A stretch of 64,000 nt of DNA from an uncultured Pelagibacteraceae bacterium (GTDB lineage: Bacteria > Pseudomonadota > Alphaproteobacteria > Pelagibacterales > Pelagibacteraceae). The notes under the pieces are model-generated. The model saw only the letters and a list, made by a program, of their open reading frames with translations, made no database searches and had not been told where the DNA came from. The stretch spans positions 1,080 to 65,079 of the forward strand of contig CACJCG010000001.1 in assembly GCA_902591845.1 (NCBI GenBank), read 5' to 3'. Shown here piece by piece: positions 19,605 through 30,618 of this stretch. The stretch's first letter is position 1. Every line of letters starts with the position of its first letter. The position numbers were made by a program, and so were the translations under genes.

Positions 19605-20378
19605 ATTTTCATATTCAGAGGTGAGATTATAATAAGTATTTAAACTTAGATTTTGTGGTCTTAAATTTAAATTTATTTTAAGTTTATCCAAAACTCTTTG
19701 ATCTCCATTAAAAAGTTGATTAAAAGGTTTTTTTATCATTTTTCTTCTTTGATTAAAGAATATTCTAGTAATTTTCTCTAAATTATTCGGGTTTTTTATT
19801 TTTACAAAATTTCTTTTAGGTGAAAAAAATAATAATGAGCTATCTATTTTGGGCCTTGGATAAAATGCACCTGGTTTAATATCACATATTTTTTTTATAT
19901 TTAGTTTCCAATTAGAAATTATTGATAATCTTCCGTAATTAGAGGTATTTAACTCAGCAATTATTCTATCAGCAACTTCTTTCTGAAACATTAAAATTAG
20001 ACTTTCAAACCAAAAATTATTTTTTAAATTAATTATCCATTTACTGAGAATTTCAGTCGAAATATTGTAGGGCAAGTTACCAAAAACTATTACTTTATCT
20101 TTAAAAAGAATGGTTTCATCTACATCTAATACGTCATCATTAATAATTGTAAGTTGATTATTAAATTTATTTTTTAGATCAACAATTAATTCCTCATCTT
20201 TTTCAATTACAAAAATTTTTTTTGGATTTTTTTTAAGAATACAAGATGTAAGATTCCCAGTACCTGGTCCAATTTCGAGAATTGTTTTATCTTGAATTTT
20301 TGTAGTATTTACAATTTTATTTAAAATATTTTTATCAATTAAAAAATTTTGACCTAAACTTTTTTTTGCTTTAATCAA
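19593..20378 (-). CDS. rsmA: 16S rRNA adenine dimethyltransferase
   Basis: [31 protein letters not shown]. Confidence 0.96.
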   Translation of the reverse strand: MIKAKKSLGQNFLIDKNILNKIVNTTKIQDKTILEIGPGTGNLTSCILKKNPKKIFVIEKDEELIVDLKNKFNNQLTIINDDVLDVDETILFKDKVIVFGNLPYNISTEILSKWIINLKNNFWFESLILMFQKEVADRIIAELNTSNYGRLSIISNWKLNIKKICDIKPGAFYPRPKIDSSLLFFSPKRNFVKIKNPNNLEKITRIFFNQRRKMIKKPFNQLFNGDQRVLDKLKINLNLRPQNLSLNTYYNLTSEYENLIS

Positions 20379-21340
20379 TTTTTATCTAAAAATTCTATTG
20401 CCCTAATTAAACTTAATGGGTTTGAGATATTTTTTCCTATCATTTTTTCGTTGGGACCATGATCTGGTGAAATTCTTATAAATGGCAGACCTAAAGTAAT
20501 ATTAATTGCATCATATTCGAACAATGTTTTTATACCCGTTAGCACTTGATCATGATACATTCCTAAAATTACATCAAAATTTTTTCTATTTTTTTTTAAA
20601 AATATTGTGTCAGCCGCAAAAGGTCCATAAACTAAATATTTGAGTTTTTTTAATGATTTAATTGTAGGTTTAACTATTTTTTCATCTTCATTATATTTTT
20701 CTACACTTTCACAATGAGGATTTATCCCCAATATAGCAATTTTAGGATTTCTGTTTAATTTATCCATGTAAAATTCATTTATTAACTTTACTTTCTCAAA
20801 TATTAATTTCTTATTAATTTTTTTAGCCACTAATTTTAAAGGTAAATGAGTTGTTATTGGACAAACTGACAATTTTTTGTTGTAAATAAGCATGGCGTTT
20901 TTTTTAGTATTAAATTTTTGAGAAATAAATTCTGTAATTCCTAAGTATTTTTTATTTAAATAATTTTTTTTTGAAATAGGGCCATTAATGAATTTATAAA
21001 TATTTGTTTTTTTAATTATTGAAAATGCCAGCTCAAAACAATTGTCTATATATTTATTTGATTTCCTTGAAATTTTTTCAAAAGCTTTTGAAACTTTATA
21101 ATCTACATTTATTAAATTTACTGATTTATTACTCAAATTATATCGGTCTATTTCATTAGGGTTAAGTATATTTATATTTTTTCTAATCTTAAGTTTTTTC
21201 ATCTGGAGCCGCAAAAGTTTTACCGAGGAAACTAAAATTATAGGACTTTTAATTTTTTTTTTTCTTATTGATTTAAAAAATATTTCCAAAAAAATACTAT
21301 TTGGTTCTCCCGTAACAATTAATATTGGACTATAGTTCAT
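20375..21340 (-). CDS. pdxA: 4-hydroxythreonine-4-phosphate dehydrogenase
   Basis: TGEPNSI, TTHLPL, INPHCE, GMYHDQ, NITLGLPFIRISPDHG. Confidence 0.93.
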   Translation of the reverse strand: MNYSPILIVTGEPNSIFLEIFFKSIRKKKIKSPIILVSSVKLLRLQMKKLKIRKNINILNPNEIDRYNLSNKSVNLINVDYKVSKAFEKISRKSNKYIDNCFELAFSIIKKTNIYKFINGPISKKNYLNKKYLGITEFISQKFNTKKNAMLIYNKKLSVCPITTHLPLKLVAKKINKKLIFEKVKLINEFYMDKLNRNPKIAILGINPHCESVEKYNEDEKIVKPTIKSLKKLKYLVYGPFAADTIFLKKNRKNFDVILGMYHDQVLTGIKTLFEYDAINITLGLPFIRISPDHGPNEKMIGKNISNPLSLIRAIEFLDKN

Positions 21341-22316
21341 TTATTTGAATGTTTTTCTTTATTTTATTAAAATATAGGTAAGAGAATTGATTTAACTGTT
21401 TATTGGTTTCAATATTAATTAATTTTTTTAATTCATTTTCAAAGTTAATCTCTACTTTTTCTTTTTGAATTTTATTTATTTTTAAGATTAAAATTCCACC
21501 AGGTGTTATTATTGGTTTAGAGTATTGTCCCTCCTTTATAAAACTTAATTCCTTTTTAATCTCATTACTTAAAGACTTTTCACTAATCCAACCTAATTTA
21601 CCACCAATTTTACTTGTATCTGAAATACTATGAATAGATGCGGCGCTTGAAAAACCTTTTTCTTCAATATCATATTTTATTTCCTTAAATTTTTTACTTA
21701 ATTCTTCTTTGTTATCTACATTGAATATTATTTCAAAAAGTTCATAAGATAATATAAATTTTTTTTCACTTTCTTTAATTTTCCTCTCTAAATTTTGCTT
21801 ATTAATTTTTATTTTCTTAGAAAATTTAAAAAAAATAATTTCATTCCAAAGTGCTTCTATTGAAATTTTATTTTTAATCATTTCTAAATTTAACTTGTTA
21901 ATCGATAAATATTTTTCAAATTCATCTTTAGTATCTATGTTTAAGTTTGTATAAATATTTTTAATTAGTTGATTTAAATATTTTTCATTTATCACTAAAT
22001 TATTTTTATTTTTACTTATTTCAATTTTTTTTATTTTTTCTTTAATAATCGAGTTTTTAGCTATTTTGTTTATTGTATCCTCATCAATTTCATTAAGATT
22101 TGGATTTAATATTTTTAAATATTTTATTTCAGATGAAATATCATGAGTTGTAACTATCTCATTATTTATTTTAATTAATATTTTATTTTCAATAGCATTA
22201 ATGCTTGTTGAAAAAAATAAAGTAAACAACAAAACACAAATTGTTTTAAAGTTTTTAAAAACTAATTCTTTAATATTAATCAAAATTAAAATCAAGGCTT
22301 TCAACTCTTTGCTCAT
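21330..22316 (-). CDS. surA: SurA-like periplasmic chaperone/PPIase
   Basis: Signal-peptide-like N-terminus, KINNEIVT, parvulin-like GGKLGWI; lptD-surA-pdxA-rsmA order. The true start may be TTG at 22283. Confidence 0.8.
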   Translation of the reverse strand: MSKELKALILILINIKELVFKNFKTICVLLFTLFFSTSINAIENKILIKINNEIVTTHDISSEIKYLKILNPNLNEIDEDTINKIAKNSIIKEKIKKIEISKNKNNLVINEKYLNQLIKNIYTNLNIDTKDEFEKYLSINKLNLEMIKNKISIEALWNEIIFFKFSKKIKINKQNLERKIKESEKKFILSYELFEIIFNVDNKEELSKKFKEIKYDIEEKGFSSAASIHSISDTSKIGGKLGWISEKSLSNEIKKELSFIKEGQYSKPIITPGGILILKINKIQKEKVEINFENELKKLINIETNKQLNQFSYLYFNKIKKNIQINEL

Positions 22317-24909
22317 ATGTAGTTAATGGTATTAACGTTAAAGTTAATAATATATCTTCTTTGGGTTTTACTTCTCTATCTTGATAATAAGTTTTTCTAA
22401 ATTTTAATCCTGCTATCAGACAATCATTTTTATACTCGTAAACTAAATCGTAGAACTCTGTAAGGTCAATTTTTCTATTTCGTCTTGTACTAAAAGTTAA
22501 AAAGTTATTTTCATCTATTTGATATGAGGTTGAGTTCGATATAGTATTTGTGTCAGCTATAGAACTATTTTCTTCCACAAAATTAAACGTGGTTACAAAA
22601 TTATTTAGACTTATAGTGCTTGAGATAGAGTTATAGTGAAATTTGTTTAAATTATTATCCATTGAAAATTTATAATTTAAAGATAAATTTTCTGAAAAAG
22701 AATTATTTATTGATCCAAAAATGTCAGAACCTTTTTGATTAATTGTTGATGATGTAGGAATTTTATCGCTAACTTTATCTCTTAAAACAGTAGCTAAGCT
22801 TGCTTCAAATCTTTTAGAATCATTTTCAAAATTTTGATTTATATAATTTAAACCCAATGTAAGAGATTGACCTTCTTCAAAAGCCTCACTAATACTCAAC
22901 CTGTCGATATTAAATATGTTATTTATATCTATTCTTCTAGAGGCGCCACTCATATCATTCATACCATTCGGATTAATTCTATAAGATATTTTTGGAATAA
23001 TTGAACTATTTGATATTTGGTTTCTTTTATATAAGGGCCAAGAAGAAGAAATTTCATAAATATTAGCAAATCTTATAGTCGGGCTATTTTTGTATGTTGG
23101 ATCCTTTTTTGAAACTATATTTGAATTCTTATAATAAAATTTAAAATTATTCATAAAACCATTTTTGGAAATATAATTGTTAGAATTATATTTAAAATTA
23201 TTGTACACAGATTGAGTTAAATTATTTGTATTTTTTAAATGGTTACTTCCGGTAGAATCAAAAGTAAACACACCAGGAATTTTTTCAAAAAGTAAATTTT
23301 TATTAAAACTATATGAAGGAAAGGTATAAGTATATCTATCACTATTTTTTTTATTTAAATCTTCGGTCATACTAATATCAGCATCAAAATTATATTTTTC
23401 ATTATCTAAAATAATTTTTAAAGAAGAGGACAATATATCTTTATTCGATGGAGACAGAGGTGTTTCTGATAGACTATTATCAAAAACTTTGAGATATGTA
23501 TCATTACTGACTTTGCTTAATGATAGATTTAAAGTACTAGTTTCGTAATTATCTAATTTCAGGTTCTTACTAAAATTTGTAAAAAAATGGATTAAACTGT
23601 TCTTATCATTTTGTAATGAGGATTTATATCCTTTGGTTAAACCAAAATCTGCAATAAATGATGAATTTTCATTTTCTTGTCTATACTCAGTTTGGATCAT
23701 ATAAATTTTACTATCAAAGATTTTAGGTCTTAAAGTAAGGTCTTTATTGTCTGATATAACTTTAAAGTATGGTACATAAAGAGAAGTACCAAGGATACTC
23801 GACTCGTTTAGTTGTGGTCTCAAAAAGCCAGATTGTCTTTCTACTGTAGGATCTGGATGAAAAAATTTTGGAAAATAAAGAACAGGCAAATTATATACTT
23901 TTAAGATTGCATTGTTATATGTAATTTGTCTTTTATCTTTGTCGTGAATTATATTCTCAGACTCAATTACCCAGGGAGGACATTCATCATTATCATTACA
24001 GCTTGTAAAAATCCCTTTATTTACAAATGTTTTATTTCCTATTCCTCTTGATGAAACACCTTTAAGTCTAGGATCTTGATTACGGTTATTAAAAATATTT
24101 TTATCAACCTTTATTGTCGTATCACTTGCTAAAAATTTTTTTTGTTGGAAGTTTATCATTGCTGTAGAAAAATACATTTGATCACTTTTGGGTAAACCAA
24201 AATTAGTGATTACTACAATATCTTCACCTTTTAAAATTTCTTCATTAATATCAAAATTAAATTTTTCCAAATAATAAAAGTTTGACTTTTGATCATTGAT
24301 ACTCGTATTTTCTTCAGAACTAAAATTATTTTCATCTATTAAAAAATTTACATCTGATGAATCTATAATATATCTAGATTTAACTATTGCCTTAGTTTTT
24401 CCAGTAGAAATAATTTTTTCAAAATTTTTAAAATACGAAATTTTTTCAGAATAAATTAAGTAATCTTTTACTGGATTATTTATTTTAACATTACCATAGG
24501 CTTTAATTAAATTTTCAAATTTATTAAATTCAAAATTATCAGCTGTAATTACAATACCATTTTCATCAATTGCTTTAGAATTTCCGTAGGTATATATTAA
24601 TTCTTTATTTTTAAAATATATAGCATTGTCAGTTGTTATTATTATTTTTCTATTTGTGTCATTAAGTTTTACATTTCCATCGGTTGTTAAAATATTTTTT
24701 TCCTTATTATATTCAAATTGATCTGCATCAATTATAATTCCATCATCAGATGTTATTGTTCCTTTTTTAAGTCCTTTAAATAGGTTACCCTCTTGAAGAA
24801 TTTCTACTTCTGTAACATCAAAATTAAATGGTTCATCGCTGTATGAAACATTGCTAATTAATGAAAATAAAAATAAACAAGCTAAATATTTTAAAATTTT
24901 ATTTTTCAT
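22276..24909 (-). CDS. lptD: LPS assembly outer-membrane protein LptD
   Basis: FTSC..CPPW, PVLYFPKFFHPDPTVERQSGFLRP, YEYKNDC; between lptG and surA. Confidence 0.88.
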   Translation of the reverse strand: MKNKILKYLACLFLFSLISNVSYSDEPFNFDVTEVEILQEGNLFKGLKKGTITSDDGIIIDADQFEYNKEKNILTTDGNVKLNDTNRKIIITTDNAIYFKNKELIYTYGNSKAIDENGIVITADNFEFNKFENLIKAYGNVKINNPVKDYLIYSEKISYFKNFEKIISTGKTKAIVKSRYIIDSSDVNFLIDENNFSSEENTSINDQKSNFYYLEKFNFDINEEILKGEDIVVITNFGLPKSDQMYFSTAMINFQQKKFLASDTTIKVDKNIFNNRNQDPRLKGVSSRGIGNKTFVNKGIFTSCNDNDECPPWVIESENIIHDKDKRQITYNNAILKVYNLPVLYFPKFFHPDPTVERQSGFLRPQLNESSILGTSLYVPYFKVISDNKDLTLRPKIFDSKIYMIQTEYRQENENSSFIADFGLTKGYKSSLQNDKNSLIHFFTNFSKNLKLDNYETSTLNLSLSKVSNDTYLKVFDNSLSETPLSPSNKDILSSSLKIILDNEKYNFDADISMTEDLNKKNSDRYTYTFPSYSFNKNLLFEKIPGVFTFDSTGSNHLKNTNNLTQSVYNNFKYNSNNYISKNGFMNNFKFYYKNSNIVSKKDPTYKNSPTIRFANIYEISSSWPLYKRNQISNSSIIPKISYRINPNGMNDMSGASRRIDINNIFNIDRLSISEAFEEGQSLTLGLNYINQNFENDSKRFEASLATVLRDKVSDKIPTSSTINQKGSDIFGSINNSFSENLSLNYKFSMDNNLNKFHYNSISSTISLNNFVTTFNFVEENSSIADTNTISNSTSYQIDENNFLTFSTRRNRKIDLTEFYDLVYEYKNDCLIAGLKFRKTYYQDREVKPKEDILLTLTLIPLTTYEQRVESLDFNFD

Positions 24910-25972
24910 TAATTTTATTAATCATTAAACCATTAATTAATACAAATATTGTCAATGGAAAAAAAACTGAAAATAATAGTGGTAATTTTTCAGAACTTCC
25001 TAACACAAAGAAAAAATTATTAACATAATATATAATTACTGAAAAGAACAAACCAAGAGCAATTTTAAATGTTGAGTTTTCAAGTCTTTTAACCCTAAAC
25101 ATGATTAGTGCTGAAAAAATAGAAACCAATAGCAGATATAACGGAAATGAAACCAATTTATATAACTGTAACTCAACTTCAGTTAAAGAATAATTTAATT
25201 TTTTATAGTTTTCTCGCAATTCATATAATTGAAATATATTTAAAGATGATAAATTAGAATACAAACTTCTGATCCTTTCTAGATTAAAACTAGTTTTTAA
25301 TTTTGAAATTTTTTGGATTTCATAATTATTATTTTGATAAATTTTTGCATCAAATAAAATCCATTCGTTATTTATAATATCAATTTTTGGACTCTTTATA
25401 TTTCTAAGAACGTCATAATCTTTACTAAATTCTGTTATATAATTATCTATGAGGAAATTTTGATTTATTTCTGAAGAGTTTATAATTAATATTTTTCCAT
25501 CAATTTCATCCTTAATCCATAATCCATTTTTTGTAACTACAGCAAGATATTTACCATCAGAAGTATAGGGTGATTTTAATTTAAGGTAAAAGTTTTTTAA
25601 ACCTGATGAAAAATTATAAAATACTGTCGTTATTATTAACCCAGTTAATACGGAAATCACACTTAATATCAATATTATTTTGGTGTTTTTTAAGCCTGAA
25701 TATTTAAAAATTTCGATTTCGTTATTAGAAAATAATTTAATAAAAAATAATTGAATTGTAATTAAAATTATAAACGGAAACATTTCAAAAATCATTGTAG
25801 GTGAATTTAATAAAGACAATAGTAATGGGAAATAAATTTTTATATCTATCTCTTTAAAAAACTCAAGTTCACTTAATAGATTTAATATAAATACCAAACT
25901 AAACATTATTAATAAAACAAAGAAAAATGATTTATAAAATGTATTAATGAAAAATTTTATATATGTAGTCAT
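24899..25972 (-). CDS. lptG: LPS export permease LptG
   Basis: 3 TM, periplasmic beta domain (GLWIKD), 3 TM; NNEIEIFKYSG; second gene of the LptF/G pair. Confidence 0.82.
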   Translation of the reverse strand: MTTYIKFFINTFYKSFFFVLLIMFSLVFILNLLSELEFFKEIDIKIYFPLLLSLLNSPTMIFEMFPFIILITIQLFFIKLFSNNEIEIFKYSGLKNTKIILILSVISVLTGLIITTVFYNFSSGLKNFYLKLKSPYTSDGKYLAVVTKNGLWIKDEIDGKILIINSSEINQNFLIDNYITEFSKDYDVLRNIKSPKIDIINNEWILFDAKIYQNNNYEIQKISKLKTSFNLERIRSLYSNLSSLNIFQLYELRENYKKLNYSLTEVELQLYKLVSFPLYLLLVSIFSALIMFRVKRLENSTFKIALGLFFSVIIYYVNNFFFVLGSSEKLPLLFSVFFPLTIFVLINGLMINKINEK

Positions 25973-27111
25973 TTTAATATTTTGCTAAATGAAAATTTTG
26001 TGAAAAAATAAAAATATATTGTTAAAAAGAAAATTATTGGAATTATAGATAATAAAATATTATTGACAGTATTTTCTGAAATTAATCTTATTGTAGTTTC
26101 TGAAAAAATTATAAAAAATAATCCAGTTAAAAAAGTAAAAATTTTTATTTTTGTATATGAAACATTTTCTTTTGAAGATAAAATTAATAAAAAAGGTGCT
26201 AACATTAATATTGGCACATAGAAAGGAATAATTGTTCTTTTGTAAATTTCTTTCAAAATATTTCTTAAATTACTTTCAGAACAATTTTCAATTTTATCAA
26301 TTTCTTTTTTTTTTATTTTTCGATTTGGATGAAATAAATAATAAATACATTTACTGAGTTTATATGTAGATAGTTCTTGTGTTTTTGTATATGTCGTAGT
26401 GTTGGTTTCAAGACTGTTTAATGGAAAATCAGATTTAGAAAAACCAAAATTTGTTATTTCATCATTTTTTCCAGTTATAGTTTCGCCATCAAACAAAACT
26501 AACAAAGGTACATTATTTATTTCTTTAAATTGTCCTTTTTTTGCATATGTAATTTGAAAGTTATCTTTATCAATTTCTTTTTTAAGATAAAGATTATACA
26601 GATTTCCTCTAATATCTTTTTTTTCACTAAAAATAGTTATACCTTTAATTGTATCGTTAAATCTTTGAGGTTTAATAAAATTTTCAAAAAAATTAACAGT
26701 TGAATTTTTTAAAAAAGATCTTGCAATTTCCTGAGACTTTGGAACAATTAGAGAAGTTAACAAAAATTGTATAATAGTTAAAAGAATAGATAATTTAATT
26801 ATAAAATTAATTACTTGTATTTTATTTACTCCAAAACTCCAAAAAATCATTAATTGGTTGTTTGTTTCATACCTTAGTGTCACATAAAAAAGACTAAAAA
26901 ATAATACAAAAGGTAGTAGCCTGCTAATAATTTTTGGAAAATTTAAAATTGAATAGCTAAAATAAACTAGATAATCTCGACCATCTTCTATCATAATATC
27001 TAGAAAATTTACTGCTTGAAAAACCCAAATTATTATACTGGAACTTAATAGAGCTATTAAAAAAAAGCTCATGTAGTCAAATAGTAATTTTTTAAATAAA
27101 ATTTTTTTCAT
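25969..27111 (-). CDS. lptF: LPS export permease LptF
   Basis: IWVFQAVNFLD, NQLMIFWSFG; divergent from pepA as is usual. Confidence 0.82.
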   Translation of the reverse strand: MKKILFKKLLFDYMSFFLIALLSSSIIIWVFQAVNFLDIMIEDGRDYLVYFSYSILNFPKIISRLLPFVLFFSLFYVTLRYETNNQLMIFWSFGVNKIQVINFIIKLSILLTIIQFLLTSLIVPKSQEIARSFLKNSTVNFFENFIKPQRFNDTIKGITIFSEKKDIRGNLYNLYLKKEIDKDNFQITYAKKGQFKEINNVPLLVLFDGETITGKNDEITNFGFSKSDFPLNSLETNTTTYTKTQELSTYKLSKCIYYLFHPNRKIKKKEIDKIENCSESNLRNILKEIYKRTIIPFYVPILMLAPFLLILSSKENVSYTKIKIFTFLTGLFFIIFSETTIRLISENTVNNILLSIIPIIFFLTIYFYFFTKFSFSKILK

Positions 27112-27172
27112 TGAAAAATGGTATTTTTACTCATATATAGCATTCATCGCTCCTAGAGTGTATTTAAAATTT

Positions 27173-28627
27173 ATGACTATCACAATTATTAATAAAAAAT
27201 CCCAGTTTAAAAAAAACTCGCCAAATCTTGTTTTATTTGTGGATGAAAAGTTCAATATCGCAAGTTTAAAAAAATATATTTTAGAAAAAGAATATTCATT
27301 TATTTCTGATTTAATAAAAACAAAAGATCTTAAGAAAGAAATTCTAAGTTTCGATATTAACTCTAAAAGAAAAATTATATTGGTATCAATAAAAAAAAAT
27401 TTAAAAAATTTTGATATTGAAAATTTGGGAGCAAAATTTTACAAAATGCTAAGTAGAATCAAAACAAATGAGTATCAAATCAATTCAGATACTGTGCCTG
27501 CTAAATTCAAAAATTTAATTGGATATTTTTTGCATGGTTTAAAATTAAAATCTTACAAATTTGAAAAATATAAATCAAAAAAGCAGAAAGAAAAAATATT
27601 ATTTAACGTTATTGGTAAAAATAACATTTCTGTAAAAGATCAAATTAAATTTAAAGCTATAGAAGAGGGGACTTTTTATACTAGGGATTTAGTATCTGAG
27701 CCTGGAAATGTTTTGCATCCTGACGAATACGCTAAAAGATTAAAATCATTAAAAAAATATGGAATAAAAATAAATATATATGACGAAAAAAAATTAAGAA
27801 AATTAGGAATGAATACTTTGCTTGGTGTTGGTCAAGGAAGTATTAGAGGCTCATATCTAGTCACTATGGAGTGGAGAGGGTTAAAAGATAATTCTCAACC
27901 TTTAGCTTTTGTTGGAAAAGGAGTGTGTTTTGATACAGGAGGAATTTCTCTTAAGCCGGCTAAGTTTATGGAAGATATGACTTACGATATGGCAGGTTCG
28001 GCAGTTGTAGTTGGTTTAATCAAAAGTTTAGCTCTTAGAAAAGCTAAAATAAATGCTGTTGGTGTTGTGGGACTTGTAGAAAATATGCCAGGTGGTAATG
28101 CTCAAAGACCTGGTGATATAGTTAAATCTTATAGTGGAAAAACAGTTGAAATTTTAAATACTGATGCTGAGGGAAGACTCGTATTAGCTGATGCTCTTAC
28201 TTATACCGAGCAAAAATTTAAACCAAAATTTATAGTAGATTTAGCAACTTTGACTGGAGCAATAATTGTATCATTAGGCTCCGAATATGCAGGTTTGTTT
28301 TCAAATAATGACAAATTATCAAATCAGTTAATTAATGCAGGAGAGAGTGTAGAGGAAAAAGTTTGGAGAATGCCATTAAACAAAAATTTTGATAAACTTA
28401 TTGATTCTAAAAATGCAGATATGCAAAATATTAATTATGTTGGGGGTGCAGGATCTACAACCGCTGCTCAATTTTTACAAAGATTTATTTTAAATAAAAC
28501 ACCTTGGGCGCATCTAGATATAGCTGGAATGGCTTTTTCAAAATATGGAGGAGCATTGAATTCAGGTGGCGCAACAGGTTATGGAGTAAGATTATTAAAT
28601 AAACTAATAGAGGATCATTATGAGTAA
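27173..28627 (+). CDS. pepA: Leucyl aminopeptidase
   Basis: VGKGVCFDTGG, DMAGSA, NTDAEGRL, DLATLTGA, WAHLDIAG; alternative GTG start at 27158. Confidence 0.96.
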   Translation: MTITIINKKSQFKKNSPNLVLFVDEKFNIASLKKYILEKEYSFISDLIKTKDLKKEILSFDINSKRKIILVSIKKNLKNFDIENLGAKFYKMLSRIKTNEYQINSDTVPAKFKNLIGYFLHGLKLKSYKFEKYKSKKQKEKILFNVIGKNNISVKDQIKFKAIEEGTFYTRDLVSEPGNVLHPDEYAKRLKSLKKYGIKINIYDEKKLRKLGMNTLLGVGQGSIRGSYLVTMEWRGLKDNSQPLAFVGKGVCFDTGGISLKPAKFMEDMTYDMAGSAVVVGLIKSLALRKAKINAVGVVGLVENMPGGNAQRPGDIVKSYSGKTVEILNTDAEGRLVLADALTYTEQKFKPKFIVDLATLTGAIIVSLGSEYAGLFSNNDKLSNQLINAGESVEEKVWRMPLNKNFDKLIDSKNADMQNINYVGGAGSTTAAQFLQRFILNKTPWAHLDIAGMAFSKYGGALNSGGATGYGVRLLNKLIEDHYE

Positions 28628-29030
28628 TTTAGAGCGAACCTTATCAATAATCAAACCAGATGCGGTAGAGAGAAATCTTGAGAATGAAATTAAAGAAATG
28701 TTCAAAAATAATGGTTTTGCAATATTAGAAGAAAAAAAAATTCAAATTGAAAAATCTGAAGCAGAAAAATTTTATAAAGTTCACGAAACCAAGCCATTTT
28801 ATAACGATTTATGTGACTACCTTTCATCTGGCCCGATTGTTGTTATGGTTCTTGAAAAGCAGAATGCAGTTTTAGGAAATAGAGAGTTAATGGGTGCTAC
28901 AAATCCAAAAGACGCAGAAGAGGGCACTATTAGAAAAAAATATGGAATTTCAATTGATAAAAATTCAGTACATGGATCAGATAGTGTTGAAAATGCAAAA
29001 ATTGAGATAGATTTTTTCTTTAAAAATTAA
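28620..29030 (+). CDS. ndk: Nucleoside diphosphate kinase
   Basis: ERTLSIIKPDAV, GATNP, NSVHGSDS. Confidence 0.97.
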   Translation: MSNLERTLSIIKPDAVERNLENEIKEMFKNNGFAILEEKKIQIEKSEAEKFYKVHETKPFYNDLCDYLSSGPIVVMVLEKQNAVLGNRELMGATNPKDAEEGTIRKKYGISIDKNSVHGSDSVENAKIEIDFFFKN

Positions 29031-29601
29031 CAACTTTTAATATAGCTTTTGGGAATAGCTTATGTTCTTGGATTAAAATTTTTTTAGCAAGAGATACGCT
29101 AGTTTCATTTTTTGAAATCTTAACTTTTTTTTGTAAAATTATTTTACCAGAATCTAATTTAGAACTTACAAAATGAACAGTACATCCTGAATATTTCTCT
29201 TTATTATTTAATACTCTTTCATGAGTATTTAATCCTTTATATTTAGGAAGTAACGAGGGGTGTATATTCAAAATATTTCCTTTAAATTTTTTAATAAAAT
29301 TTTTTGATAAAATTTTCATAAATCCAGCAAGACAAATCATTTCAATATCATTTGCTTTTAAAATTGAAAGTAACTTATTTTCACTTAAATTTTTTTTTTT
29401 AAAATTAATTACTTTTTTTTTTATTTTATATATTTTGGCATAATTTAATCCTTTTGCTTTTGAATCATTACAAACAATTAGCTCAATAGATATAGGGGAT
29501 TTTTTAGTTTTTGAAAATTTAATTAGAGATTTTAAGTTACTCCCTGTACCTGAGATAAATACAGCCGTTCTAATTTTACTATAACCAGTTGATAGAACCA
29601 T
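29020..29601 (-). CDS. purN: Phosphoribosylglycinamide formyltransferase
   Basis: ISGTGSNL, LAGFMKIL, NIHPSLLP, GCTVHFV, LDSG. Confidence 0.96.
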   Translation of the reverse strand: MVLSTGYSKIRTAVFISGTGSNLKSLIKFSKTKKSPISIELIVCNDSKAKGLNYAKIYKIKKKVINFKKKNLSENKLLSILKANDIEMICLAGFMKILSKNFIKKFKGNILNIHPSLLPKYKGLNTHERVLNNKEKYSGCTVHFVSSKLDSGKIILQKKVKISKNETSVSLAKKILIQEHKLFPKAILKVVNF

Positions 29602-30607
29602 CTAGCTTAACTTTATTTTTACCTTCAAAAATTTTTCCAATAACATAGGGTTTGTATTTCTTTGAAAAAAATTTATTTATTTTTTTTAGATTTTTACTTT
29701 CAATAATTATGCAAAAACCAACTCCACAATTAAATGTTTGGAGCATTTCTTTTTCAGAAATTCCATTGTCTTTTAGCCAATTAAATATTTTAGAAGTTTT
29801 AATTTTATCTAAACTAATATTTGCAGAAAGTTTATCTGGTATTATTCTTTTAATATTATCAGATAATCCTCCTCCGGTTATATTTGCACAACCATTAATT
29901 AAATTTTTATTAATTAAATTCATTATTTCTTTAACATATATTTTGGTTGGTTTTAAAAGTTCAGATTTTAAAAATTTATTTTTTTTAATGTTAATTTTTT
30001 TTTGTTTTATTAAATATCTTACAAGAGAGAAACCATTAGAATGTAAACCACTGGAAGGAACCGCTAGTATAAGATTGTTTTTTTTTATCTTATTTTTATT
30101 TAAAATTTTATTCTTTCCAACAACCCCAACAGCAAATCCAGCAATATCAAATTTTCCCTTTTCATAAGTACCAGGCATTTCTGCAGTTTCTCCACCGACA
30201 AGCTCACATTCTGATTGATCACAGCCTTTTTTAATCCCTTTTATTATTGCTTTAAGTTTTTTAAGATCAATTTTATTTATAGATATATAATCTAAAAAAA
30301 GTAATGGCTTTGCTCCTTGAACAATTAAATCGTTTACACTCATTGCAACTAAGTCAATACCGATAGTATCAAATTTGTTTAATATATTAGCGATTTCAAT
30401 TTTAGTTCCCACACCATCAGTACAGGCTACGATTCTAGGTTTTTTAATATTGTTTGGTATGTTCGTAATTGAACCAAAACCACCTATATTAGAAAACTTT
30501 TTTTTGCCTCTTTTTTTTGCTGAAACTGTAGAAATGAAATCAACAAATTTGTCAGCAGCACCAATATTAACTCCACTTTTTTTATAGGTAAATTTTTTTT
30601 TATTCAT
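29579..30607 (-). CDS. purM: AIR synthetase
   Basis: DGVGTK, GIDLVAMSVNDL, GGETAEMPG, SSGLHSNG, TFNCGVG. Confidence 0.97.
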   Translation of the reverse strand: MNKKKFTYKKSGVNIGAADKFVDFISTVSAKKRGKKKFSNIGGFGSITNIPNNIKKPRIVACTDGVGTKIEIANILNKFDTIGIDLVAMSVNDLIVQGAKPLLFLDYISINKIDLKKLKAIIKGIKKGCDQSECELVGGETAEMPGTYEKGKFDIAGFAVGVVGKNKILNKNKIKKNNLILAVPSSGLHSNGFSLVRYLIKQKKINIKKNKFLKSELLKPTKIYVKEIMNLINKNLINGCANITGGGLSDNIKRIIPDKLSANISLDKIKTSKIFNWLKDNGISEKEMLQTFNCGVGFCIIIESKNLKKINKFFSKKYKPYVIGKIFEGKNKVKLDGSINWL

Positions 30608-30618
30608 TAATATGTTTT

